A stretch of 64,000 nt of DNA, from IMG/VR virus record IMGVR_UViG_3300008108_000037, positions 4,002-68,001 of that record; one strand, written 5' to 3'. Shown piece by piece: positions 10,039 to 17,686 of this stretch. The position numbers were made by a program, and so were the translations under genes. Under the pieces are notes generated by a model. That model ran no database searches, was not told where the DNA came from, and saw only the letters and a program-made list of their open reading frames with translations. This DNA comes from a virus. Its lineage: Duplodnaviria; Heunggongvirae; Uroviricota; Caudoviricetes. The first letter of the stretch is position 1; every line of letters starts with the position of its first letter.

Positions 10039-10224
10039 ATGCAAGCAAACTTAGAAATTGAAATCCCAGAGGATTTCATCACAGCAGGAAAAGAACTAGC
10101 TCTTTCAGATGCAAGGATCCAAGAGATCTTTGAAGGATGGTTACACCTTATAATTTATGAAAGGATTATTCCTGATTATCTAGAAGATATGATACAGGAT
10201 TTACCTGAGGAAGTGAAGGAGTAA
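10039..10224 (+). CDS. early hypothetical protein
   Basis: ATG 10039 after CACACAAGC leader. Confidence 0.7.
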   Translation: MQANLEIEIPEDFITAGKELALSDARIQEIFEGWLHLIIYERIIPDYLEDMIQDLPEEVKE

Positions 10225-10566
10225 GTATTTAAGATCCCGGGATTCACATCTCGGGATTTTTTGTGGGGTAAGGTTTGGAAAAAGCTAGCGTGTAGCTGAA
10301 AACTGTTGCGGCGCCCCAGCAAGTATGCATCAGGTTTGCATACTTAACTTCTCTTGCATTCGGGGGATACCCGGGAGACCCCGCGCTCGTGCGAGAGAAA
10401 AAAGAGTGAATCAACCAAAATCGATGATCGATCGATTCAAATCGTTGCGGCGCCCCTGCAGGTTAATCCATTTTTAGACATTATTATAACCTGAGGGTAT
10501 TTCGGGGTACATTTTTCTTTTTGCCCCGGATTTCATATATTTACATCATAATTAAAAACATACACC

Positions 10567-10746
10567 ATGAGCAAAAGGGATTTAATCGATCTAACCAAAC
10601 AATTTCTCCGTCAAGAGGGCATCACAGATGACTCTTACATCATTTCATTACAAGGACCTACCTTTATCTTCACTTCAGGAATAAAGTTAGCTACGGGCAT
10701 TAAAAAGAAGTTAAAAGAAGCTGGTGTGTTGGTTATGGGAGGATAA
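10567..10746 (+). CDS. early hypothetical protein (59 aa)
   Basis: Read manually: MSKRDLIDLTKQFLRQEGITDD...; promoter, ACACCATG leader and terminator. Confidence 0.7.
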   Translation: MSKRDLIDLTKQFLRQEGITDDSYIISLQGPTFIFTSGIKLATGIKKKLKEAGVLVMGG

Positions 10747-11078
10747 GTTTATCCTTCCGAAAAAGAAAAAACCTGGGAGACCAGGTTTTTTTGTGGGGTA
10801 AGGTTTGGGAAAGAATCAAAAAATGGATTATCATTCAGAGGCGCCCCGACTGGAAAAAACCAAAAATTGGGTTTTATCTAAATAAGGCGCCCCTGCGGTA
10901 AAAACCAAAAAAAACCAATTTTTCCAAATGAGGCGCCCCGGCGGTTTGCAAATCCAAGGATTTCTGGGGTTATAATGTTGGAAAAGTTAAAGTCGTGTTA
11001 GAACGAATAACAATTTCAATTGCATTTTTTTGTTTCGAGGAAAATCTCTAATTTAGCCTCATTAAAACATCACACACC

Positions 11079-11309
11079 ATGAAAAAATTCTTACAAACCA
11101 CAGCATCTTGGTCATTCCTCTTATTTGGAATCCTTACCATTTTAATTCTTTGCGCCGAACCACCCACTGGCCCAGCAGATGAACCTTATATTGAGCATGC
11201 AATGTTTGTCAAAACCTGGGGTGGGATAATTCTCGGAACCTGGATTGGCTTAATAGTCACTGCTGTGACCTGTGGATCCATTTTAAGGTTTAAATATGAA
11301 GATGACTAA
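11079..11309 (+). CDS. early membrane protein
   Basis: Two hydrophobic segments; cassette context. Confidence 0.75.
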   Translation: MKKFLQTTASWSFLLFGILTILILCAEPPTGPADEPYIEHAMFVKTWGGIILGTWIGLIVTAVTCGSILRFKYEDD

Positions 11310-11367
11310 AGCATTTTTTCCCTTCGGGGAAATTTATTAATTTAGCCTCGTACTTAAACAACATCCC

Positions 11368-11496
11368 ATGAAAGCACCCTTTAGATTAACCTGTAAAGGA
11401 GGCGTCTACGAAGCAGACACCTTCTTCTCCCTCGTCATAGAAGTTCTTAAACACCGATTTTGGCATTTAAGAACTCACGGTAAATGGATAGACTAA
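11368..11496 (+). CDS. early hypothetical protein (42 aa)
   Basis: Read manually: MKAPFRLTCKGGVYEADTFFSLVIEVLKHRFWHLRTHGKWID; own promoter and terminator. Confidence 0.7.
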   Translation: MKAPFRLTCKGGVYEADTFFSLVIEVLKHRFWHLRTHGKWID

Positions 11497-11748
11497 TTTC
11501 TTCCCCCCGTTTCTCAAACCAGACCTAGTGTCTGGTTTTTTTGTGGGGTGGGGAACCCGGGGAGACCCCGCACGCGTACGAGGGTTTTTGAGGCGCCCCA
11601 ACCAAGAGAGCTAAAAAACCAAATTGCATGCATGCATAGGAATAGGCGCCCCTGCCCGCTTGCACATCTTTCACACATCTTTTTTCCCCTGCATTTTTCT
11701 TTCTCGAGGAAAAGTCTTAATTTAGCCTCATCATTAAATAACCACACT

Positions 11749-11925
11749 ATGTTAAAAGAACAATTCAACCGAGTAATCGAAATCTACCAATCTCTAGATG
11801 GAATCGAACAAGCCGCCTTCTCCTTTTGGAGTTTATGTGTAGCTGCATTTTATGGTACACTGGTTTACATTTTGTATTTAATAGGAAAAGAAGGGATAGA
11901 AAAATTAAGGAGAAGTAGAAGTTAA
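11749..11925 (+). CDS. early membrane protein
   Basis: CACACTATG start at 11749; one TM. Confidence 0.7.
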   Translation: MLKEQFNRVIEIYQSLDGIEQAAFSFWSLCVAAFYGTLVYILYLIGKEGIEKLRRSRS

Positions 11926-12227
11926 TTCACACAAGTATTCATTCATTTTAAAAAAGTCCCAATGGGACTTTTTTTGTGGGGTAAGGTTTGGGAAAAGTGA
12001 AAAGTTAGGATTATCATTCCGAGGCGCCCCGACTGGAAAAAACCAAAAAACCAAGTTTAACTTGAAAAGGCGCCCCTGCTGGAAAAAACCAAAAAACCCA
12101 ATTTTTCAAAATGAGGCGCCCCTGCCCGCTAGCCATTCGCTAATGGCACTTGTAACATTTTCTCTCGGCATTTTTTCTTTTCGCCTCTTTACATTACTTT
12201 TACCCTATCAATCAAAAATCACACACA

Positions 12228-12446
12228 ATGAACACAGCACTTAAAATGATTCTCGCCGGAGTATCCACCGCCATCCTTCTTATTCTCATGCTTTGGAAGG
12301 GATTTGAAAACGCTCCCATTTTCGAAAGCGTAGCAGCTGAGATAACCTTCGCTTCCATTCTTTTCGTCGCCACCATGCTATTCACCCTTGGGGGTATTAG
12401 AGAGTTATACCATAACTCCTATGGGAAGCGACCCCAAAAATTTTAA
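12228..12446 (+). CDS. early membrane protein
   Basis: Two TMs; CACACACAATG leader. Confidence 0.75.
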   Translation: MNTALKMILAGVSTAILLILMLWKGFENAPIFESVAAEITFASILFVATMLFTLGGIRELYHNSYGKRPQKF

Positions 12447-12448
12447 CC

Positions 12449-12748
12449 ATGGATTGTCAGTTGTGTAAGTATAAGAGAGATGAACCCGGCACGCCTTATG
12501 TGCGTTGCCGGGCCATCAAAGAACATCCCGCTTTCCACAAGCTCTCCATAGATGAAAAGGGAGCGTTAGAGTTAGGCGTGTCAGCCACAGGAAGGTTTCC
12601 TTATCTCACCAAAGACAACAAACCACTGATTGAGATTCATAAAGGTCCAGACTGCTTCTGGCCCACATCATATGATCCGGCAGATATTGGAGATTGCCAC
12701 TTCATGAAGCTCCGCCCAGATGCTGTCTCTTGGGAGAGGATAAAATAA
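12449..12748 (+). CDS. Cys-rich hypothetical protein
   Basis: CxxC...C...FWPxxYDP...C phage-type motif. Confidence 0.75.
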   Translation: MDCQLCKYKRDEPGTPYVRCRAIKEHPAFHKLSIDEKGALELGVSATGRFPYLTKDNKPLIEIHKGPDCFWPTSYDPADIGDCHFMKLRPDAVSWERIK

Positions 12749-12814
12749 TCCTCAATAACATTTTTTTCTTTTGGAGGTGTTTATTAATTTACATGCACAC
12801 TAAAACACTTTCCC

Positions 12815-13042
12815 ATGTTAATTCATCTTCCCTCTGTCGCTTCTTTCATCGACACCTCAGACGCCTTAGTTTACGCCGCTTACCAAAACGGTAACGTGGA
12901 TCACGATTCCGCCACCTCTATAGCAGACTGTTCAGAGGTCTGGTTTTCTTTGCTCTCTCACCGAGACGCTGAGATAGTGGAGATCGTGGAAAGATATCTA
13001 CAGCTGAACATCAGCTTTCTAGTTAGAGGACTCGCAAATTAA
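12815..13042 (+). CDS. early hypothetical protein
   Basis: ORF with own promoter. Confidence 0.7.
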   Translation: MLIHLPSVASFIDTSDALVYAAYQNGNVDHDSATSIADCSEVWFSLLSHRDAEIVEIVERYLQLNISFLVRGLAN

Positions 13043-13224
13043 TGTCCAGTACAGCATAATCTTATGAACGGAATTTCTTACATTTGCCTCTCAATACAAA
13101 CAAAAGACTTTAAAGAATAGTTCATAGGTGTGTTAGTAAGTGTAACTCTCCCTTCGGGGAGAGTTTTTTTTGTGGGGTGAACCAGAAGGGTCAAAAACGG
13201 TGACCGCTTTTGACTGCGCGGCGA

Positions 13225-13519
13225 GGCGCCCCGGATAGAAAAACCCAAAAATTGGATTTTATCTAAATAAGGCGCCCCTGCTGGATTTTTTTAAATTTTT
13301 GGTTTTTCCAAAAAGGGCGCCCCTGCTGAAAAAACCCAAAAACCCTAGTTTTTCCAAATAAGGCGCCCCTGCCGCAAAACCTCTCTATTCTTTCTATCAG
13401 CGGTGCCCCTGCATGGAAGTTTAATTTGGATTTCTTGCATTATCCAAATAGGGCGCCCCTGCCGGGAAACCTTTTTTTGGCTTTTTTAGGTTTTTTGGAT
13501 TTAACCCCTGGGGCACCCC
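13225..13519 (+). repeat. tandem array of 7 GG(C/T)(G/A)CCCC(T)GC units with A/T-tract spacers
   Basis: Unit spacings 46,45,46,40,50,60 bp. Confidence 0.9.
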
Positions 13520-13554
13520 TGCCGGCTAACTCTTTCTAGAAATGCCATTTATGG

Positions 13555-13745
13555 GGATGGCCAGGGGGCTTAAAAGAGGGTGTTTTTTAGGGGGCCAAAA
13601 AAGGGGTGTTTTAAGGGGGGTAAAATAAGGGGGACGGTACCCCCTAGGCTCCCCCCGTTTTTAGGGGGGGTTTTGGGCCCATTTAGGACCCCTTTTTAAG
13701 GGGGGCCGTATATGCCTTGTTTTACTATATTTTGGGGGAGGGGTG
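13555..13745 (+). other. G-run/A-T-run tract with G-quadruplex potential
   Basis: G3-G7 runs starting 13564,13578,13590,13603,13615,13629,13664,13700. Confidence 0.75.
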
Positions 13746-13838
13746 CCTTGTGGATTGGAGAGATGAAATATAGAGCTGGGATTAGTCGTGGGGGTCCCTT
13801 CTTTCTTCTCGTTTTTCTTTTGCAGTAGAAATAGCTCC

Positions 13839-13972
13839 TACCAATGCGCGTACGCACACTTAATAACGGTCATACTATGACGCAATTTTATAATTTAAGT
13901 ACGACACGATTTTATAATTTTAATACGGCCACGCGCACGTATATTAGTAATACCAATGCGCGTACGCACACT
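13839..13972 (+). repeat. 22-bp perfect direct repeat TACCAATGCGCGTACGCACACT enclosing an AT-rich core
   Basis: 13839-13860 and 13951-13972; ATTTTATAATTT at 13885 and 13909 between them. Confidence 0.95.
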
Positions 13973-13999
13973 GGATATCCCTCCATTTGGAGGGACAGA

Positions 14000-14048
14000 G
14001 TGGGATTTCTTTATAAATCGACCGGGCCAGTGTGGGCTTTCTTTATAA
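14000..14048 (+). repeat. 17-bp direct repeat GTGGG(A/C)TTTCTTTATAA
   Basis: 14000-14016 and 14032-14048. Confidence 0.85.
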
Positions 14049-14125
14049 GTGGATAAGGATGGACCTTATATCAGGTGGTAGTTTCCCTAGGGGTTTGGAA
14101 TATATAGGGTAAATAATATTCGATT

Positions 14126-14473
14126 ATGAGACACCTACGTATCTTTGAATCCCACACTGAGCAGTTGCAAGAAGCAACCCCGCCCAAAACAGAGTCCAAG
14201 GAATCCATTCAGAACAAGAGAATGGCTAATTTCTTTAACAAGCTCTACAAGATGAATCTGCCTCTAGATGGCAATGGGAAAAACCCAGAGTACATCAAAG
14301 CTTTCACTCGTTACTGTGGAGAAAAGAAGATTACCACCCATATCTGTAAAAAGGGAGATGGCTTCTGTTCTGATCTTCAAGCTGGAGAAATCACCGTCAA
14401 AGATGCCCAGATGCGAGCAAAATTTGAGAGGAGTGTGAAAAACAATGCTCTTGCCCTCCTAATGAAACCTTAA
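14126..14473 (+). CDS. putative internal head protein
   Basis: MRHLRIFE N-terminus; GAATATATAG box upstream. Confidence 0.75.
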   Translation: MRHLRIFESHTEQLQEATPPKTESKESIQNKRMANFFNKLYKMNLPLDGNGKNPEYIKAFTRYCGEKKITTHICKKGDGFCSDLQAGEITVKDAQMRAKFERSVKNNALALLMKP

Positions 14474-14527
14474 GGGTGAACTAAGATTTTCTAAGAACCA
14501 GACCTAGCGTCTGGTTTTTTGTGAGGT

Positions 14528-15079
14528 TTACTCCGTGAAGTAAGTGTTTCTGAAGTATCTGAGAGGACGGGCAATCGAAGTGTCTCTTAGATGTATAACA
14601 GTCATATCCCTTTCAAATCTACGTTGGGTGATCCAACCTTTAATTCTTTGAATGTCTTTGTTGTACCATCCTCCCACATCGGGTGGTAATTCGAGATCTC
14701 CGTTAATCCTGAGGACTTGCTCCTCCACGCTCTCCACACGGCCTAAGACCTCTTGACAGAGAGCTATGACCTCTTCAGAGGGAAAGGAGGTTAAGCTTCC
14801 TTTGTGCCACATTCTGTCTGGATCTGTGTCAAACACGATGTGCTCTCTCAGCTCTTGTAGGGGTATTTCGAACTCCACTATCCATTCCCCATAGATGACT
14901 TTGTTGGGATCTAGAAAGGCACCCATTCCAGCTCCTTCTGCACTGGCTCCCTTTCTTTGGCTCTCATCCCAGCCGGATTTGAGGATAGTCTGGGCATCTT
15001 CCTCGGATCTTGTCCCGTGGTAGATCTTTAAACCTCTCCGAGAGAGCAGGAAGGCTTCAAATAGTTGGAGATGTCTCAT
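14528..15079 (-). CDS. putative ADP-ribosyltransferase-fold internal head protein
   Basis: MRHLQLFE N-terminus then LKIYHGT...ILKSGW...GAGMG..; YHGT motif typical of H-Y-E ARTs. Confidence 0.55.
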   Translation of the reverse strand: MRHLQLFEAFLLSRRGLKIYHGTRSEEDAQTILKSGWDESQRKGASAEGAGMGAFLDPNKVIYGEWIVEFEIPLQELREHIVFDTDPDRMWHKGSLTSFPSEEVIALCQEVLGRVESVEEQVLRINGDLELPPDVGGWYNKDIQRIKGWITQRRFERDMTVIHLRDTSIARPLRYFRNTYFTE

Positions 15080-15157
15080 ATGCTTTATATATTATAGATC
15101 ATGGAGATTGTTACCTTTCCTCCTCTTTGGGCTATAAGAGGTAAATAAAAGAATCTC

Positions 15158-15697
15158 ATGAAACAACTCTTTTTCAAGCTCCGCAATTGGCTCTATAAAG
15201 ACAGCCGACTCACTATCCGTAAAAAGGCTGACAGTATGCCTGATGGAGGATTGAATAATCCTTTCACTGTGAACATGCTTACCTTCAGTCCCCCTGCCAC
15301 TCAGACCAAAGTGCTCTCTAAGGCCCATGAGGAGACTTCCCTCTCTGGCACCTATGGTCTGAATCCCTGGGACATCTTTAATCCTTTTAAGACCAACACT
15401 AACATTGTGTGGCTGATGATGTACCAACAGGGATTGATTAAAGATGTCACTGCTGAGATCGTGCATCCCAAAATGGGCAGTAGCTTTGCTGTGACAGTCA
15501 ATAATCCTCAGGTGGGCACTCCCTATGCTGTGTTCTATAACTCTCCCATGGAGCTGGCCATTCCTTCTCCTCTAGTGGGTCATCGAGTGGATCTGAATGA
15601 AAACGGTAAAGCTTTCTGGATGAGTGAGAAAGGCATTCAAGTGGAGGTGCAACGTTTACAGGACTCTGATTGCAAGGAGTTCTTAGTTATCCTTTAA
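15158..15697 (+). CDS. hypothetical protein
   Basis: ORF track. Confidence 0.75.
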   Translation: MKQLFFKLRNWLYKDSRLTIRKKADSMPDGGLNNPFTVNMLTFSPPATQTKVLSKAHEETSLSGTYGLNPWDIFNPFKTNTNIVWLMMYQQGLIKDVTAEIVHPKMGSSFAVTVNNPQVGTPYAVFYNSPMELAIPSPLVGHRVDLNENGKAFWMSEKGIQVEVQRLQDSDCKEFLVIL

Positions 15698-15708
15698 AGA
15701 TATGTTCC

Positions 15709-16368
15709 ATGCAGATTAGTTACACTAAATCCGGCATTTTAGGAGGGGATGGTGTGGTTTTTTATAATCCACTCTATGATGGGGGAGGAACCACCATCGG
15801 ATATGATATGTGCAAGCATCCATCCATCCTAAAACACCTCTCCAATATAAACAACACTTTGGAGATATGCTCCGGTCCCGGATTTATTGGCTTCTATTTG
15901 TTATTTAACGGTCTAACAAAAAAATTATGGCTATCCGATAAATTTGACGGTGTGCTGCCGGATATTCTCAAAACAAATGCATTCAATCAGGTAGATGTGA
16001 AATTTATTCATTCAGATTGTTTTCAAAATTTTGAAAAGTCCTTAAAATTTGATTTGATAATCAGTAACCCTCCCCATGTCCAACATGATATGGAATGGAT
16101 TAGAGACAGAAAGACCGAGGAGGAAAAACACGCAAGTTATAGAATTAATCTTGATGAGGATCTAAAATTCCATCGGGAATTCTTTGAAAATGTCAAGAAT
16201 CATCTCAATCCCGGAGGCAAAGTAATATTGGTCGAAAACCAAACATACATAAGCTATGCAACCATTATGGATCTAGCAGGATCTGGATTTGAGTGTGAGG
16301 TTATAAATGGGGTATATGCCGAGAAGAATTTTTATTATATCGTCCTGACTCTAGGTACCAGAGATTAA
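15709..16368 (+). CDS. class I SAM-dependent methyltransferase (PrmC/HemK-like)
   Basis: LEICSGPGFIG motif I; FDLIISNPPH motif IV; ATG 15709. Confidence 0.85.
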   Translation: MQISYTKSGILGGDGVVFYNPLYDGGGTTIGYDMCKHPSILKHLSNINNTLEICSGPGFIGFYLLFNGLTKKLWLSDKFDGVLPDILKTNAFNQVDVKFIHSDCFQNFEKSLKFDLIISNPPHVQHDMEWIRDRKTEEEKHASYRINLDEDLKFHREFFENVKNHLNPGGKVILVENQTYISYATIMDLAGSGFECEVINGVYAEKNFYYIVLTLGTRD

Positions 16369-16490
16369 TAAAGAGCTTCCTTCTCAGCCCGGGCCTAGTG
16401 TCTGGGTTTTTTTATGTGCTAGGGGGCCTTGGGGCCTTGACGGCTCGGATGTCACGGGATCAGCATAGAGGAGGGATCGATATATAAATC

Positions 16491-17228
16491 ATGAGACACA
16501 AAGAAATTTCAGAGGCCATCTTTCTCATTAAACAATCTATTCACAATAAATCCCCACTCAGCTTAGTGAGAATAGGCGATGGTGAAATAAACATTTTAAA
16601 AGAAAGAGGTGGGTCAGATGACTGGAATCAAAAGGTAATCTCCCTCAATGAAACGTCCACGATCGAGGAAGCTTTTTCCATCAACAAACCATTCATAGAG
16701 AATGCAATAGCAAAAGCTGATATCCTTGGATTATTAGACCCCAAGTCTAAATACGTCTCTTTTAACTATGACGAGAATCTTTGGTCTATCTCCGATGAAT
16801 ACATTTTAAGGTTCAGAACCTCCATGCCAATGATTGTGGATCATCAGATATCTAGATCCAGAGAACTGGGATCAGTTCAGGGAATGAGAGATTTACTTTC
16901 AGGTAAAGCAATTCATATCATATCCCCTAATGTGGACAGATTAAAAGAGAGAAAAATAAGCGAACTTTTGGGATCTAAAGTTTCCTTTACGGATAATTCG
17001 ATGTCAATTAAGCACTATAACAGGCAACCAATCATTGACTCTTTTAAAAACATACGAGAGGATATAGTTCTTTTAGGTGTAGGACCTCATAAGGATTATT
17101 GTACAATTCTAAAAGAACATGGTAAAATAGCGATAGATCTTGGGGCGACATTGGATGCCTGGGCGGGATTAAAAACCCGGGGATGGTTCGAGAAGGGCAA
17201 TCTCCAAGAATATCTATTTATAGAGTAG
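16491..17228 (+). CDS. GT-D fold glycosyltransferase-like protein
   Basis: SLVRIGDGE, ADILGL, AIDLGAxxD motifs. Confidence 0.75.
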   Translation: MRHKEISEAIFLIKQSIHNKSPLSLVRIGDGEINILKERGGSDDWNQKVISLNETSTIEEAFSINKPFIENAIAKADILGLLDPKSKYVSFNYDENLWSISDEYILRFRTSMPMIVDHQISRSRELGSVQGMRDLLSGKAIHIISPNVDRLKERKISELLGSKVSFTDNSMSIKHYNRQPIIDSFKNIREDIVLLGVGPHKDYCTILKEHGKIAIDLGATLDAWAGLKTRGWFEKGNLQEYLFIE

Positions 17229-17307
17229 GATGCACAGAAAAATCTCAGAAATCAACACCGTGATGAGATTGATATATAAAACACACGGCATCATCTAACA
17301 CTAAATT

Positions 17308-17625
17308 ATGAATCATTCCTTGACTGATGCCGAATTTTTAATCGGAATTTTATTAGCTATTGCAATTATTGGGGGATCCCTCTATGGAGTCTCTAAACTC
17401 TTTGTCTATAAAACCCAAGACATTCTGGTCAGATTTATTCTACTGATCTTCACAGCCATGGTCTCACTGTACGTTGTGGATAAAGTGGTTGCTAGAAATT
17501 ATGAATTTCTTCCAGAGGAGCAAAATGCTCAATTGTTTGATTTGATCAAAACCCTGGTTTTAATGATTTTCAGTTACTATTTTGGAACTAGAGAGAACAG
17601 TAAGAATGATGGCGAGAATAAATAA
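17308..17625 (+). CDS. membrane protein (holin-like)
   Basis: Three hydrophobic segments ending ...SYYFGT. Confidence 0.7.
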   Translation: MNHSLTDAEFLIGILLAIAIIGGSLYGVSKLFVYKTQDILVRFILLIFTAMVSLYVVDKVVARNYEFLPEEQNAQLFDLIKTLVLMIFSYYFGTRENSKNDGENK

Positions 17626-17686
17626 CTATTTAGATTGAAACGTAATTAAAACCCTGATATATAAAGAAAAATAAATCATTTGCACA

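Larger units (their letters stand above)
804..11580. repeat. dispersed GGGG-N-CC(C/G)GGGAGACCCC-GC(C/A)CGCGT element (6 copies)
   Basis: Copies at 804-838, 2173-2211, 6033-6071, 8311-8345, 10362-10393, 11550-11580. Confidence 0.9.
841..13090 (+). promoter_or_regulatory. host-type early promoters: (G/A)CATTTTT ... TAnnTT(T/A)(G/A), about 24 copies
   Basis: Seen upstream of nearly every gene in 0.9-13 kb (e.g. 841-880, 3727-3765, 6596-6634, 9377-9417, 11020-11060); the downstream box resembles the Bacteroidota -7 TAnnTTTG. Confidence 0.8.
1468..13519. repeat. dispersed intergenic GGCGCC(C/T)C motif family (31 copies + 2 variants)
   Basis: Forward at 1468,3676,4119,4615,5278,6196,6934,7458,7695,8779,8825,9334,9945,10310,10449,10840,10886,10932,11592,11645,12023,12069,12115,13225,13271,13316,13362,13452; reverse at 2128,8266; palindromic GAGGCGCCTC 8350; variants 13402,13512. 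Confidence 0.95.
1397..16415 (+). terminator. family of intrinsic terminators followed by T-tract + GTG(G/A)
   Basis: Hairpins near 1397, 2052, 3599, 4034, 4539, 5203, 6001, 6119, 6854, 7386, 8191, 8694, 9254, 9869, 10233, 10767, 11517, 11952, 13144, 14497, 16387; four share CCTGGG-TTTCTA-CCCGGG. Confidence 0.9.

Noticed and set aside
800-13180. Classical integron with attC sites
   Set aside because: No RYYYAAC/GTTRRRY core pairs at gene ends and no integrase; each cassette has its own promoter and terminator, unlike attC cassettes.
13225-13519. 46-bp periodic array as a CRISPR array
   Set aside because: The constant part is only 8-12 bp, spacers are similar A/T tracts rather than unique sequences, and no cas genes are in the window.
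13844-14056. 70-aa ORF in the boundary region
   Set aside because: Made of the direct repeats, with no promoter or leader and odd composition.
15709-16368. DNA methyltransferase for the GGCGCC motif
   Set aside because: Motif order and size fit a PrmC/HemK-like small methyltransferase with no target-recognition domain; not fully excluded.
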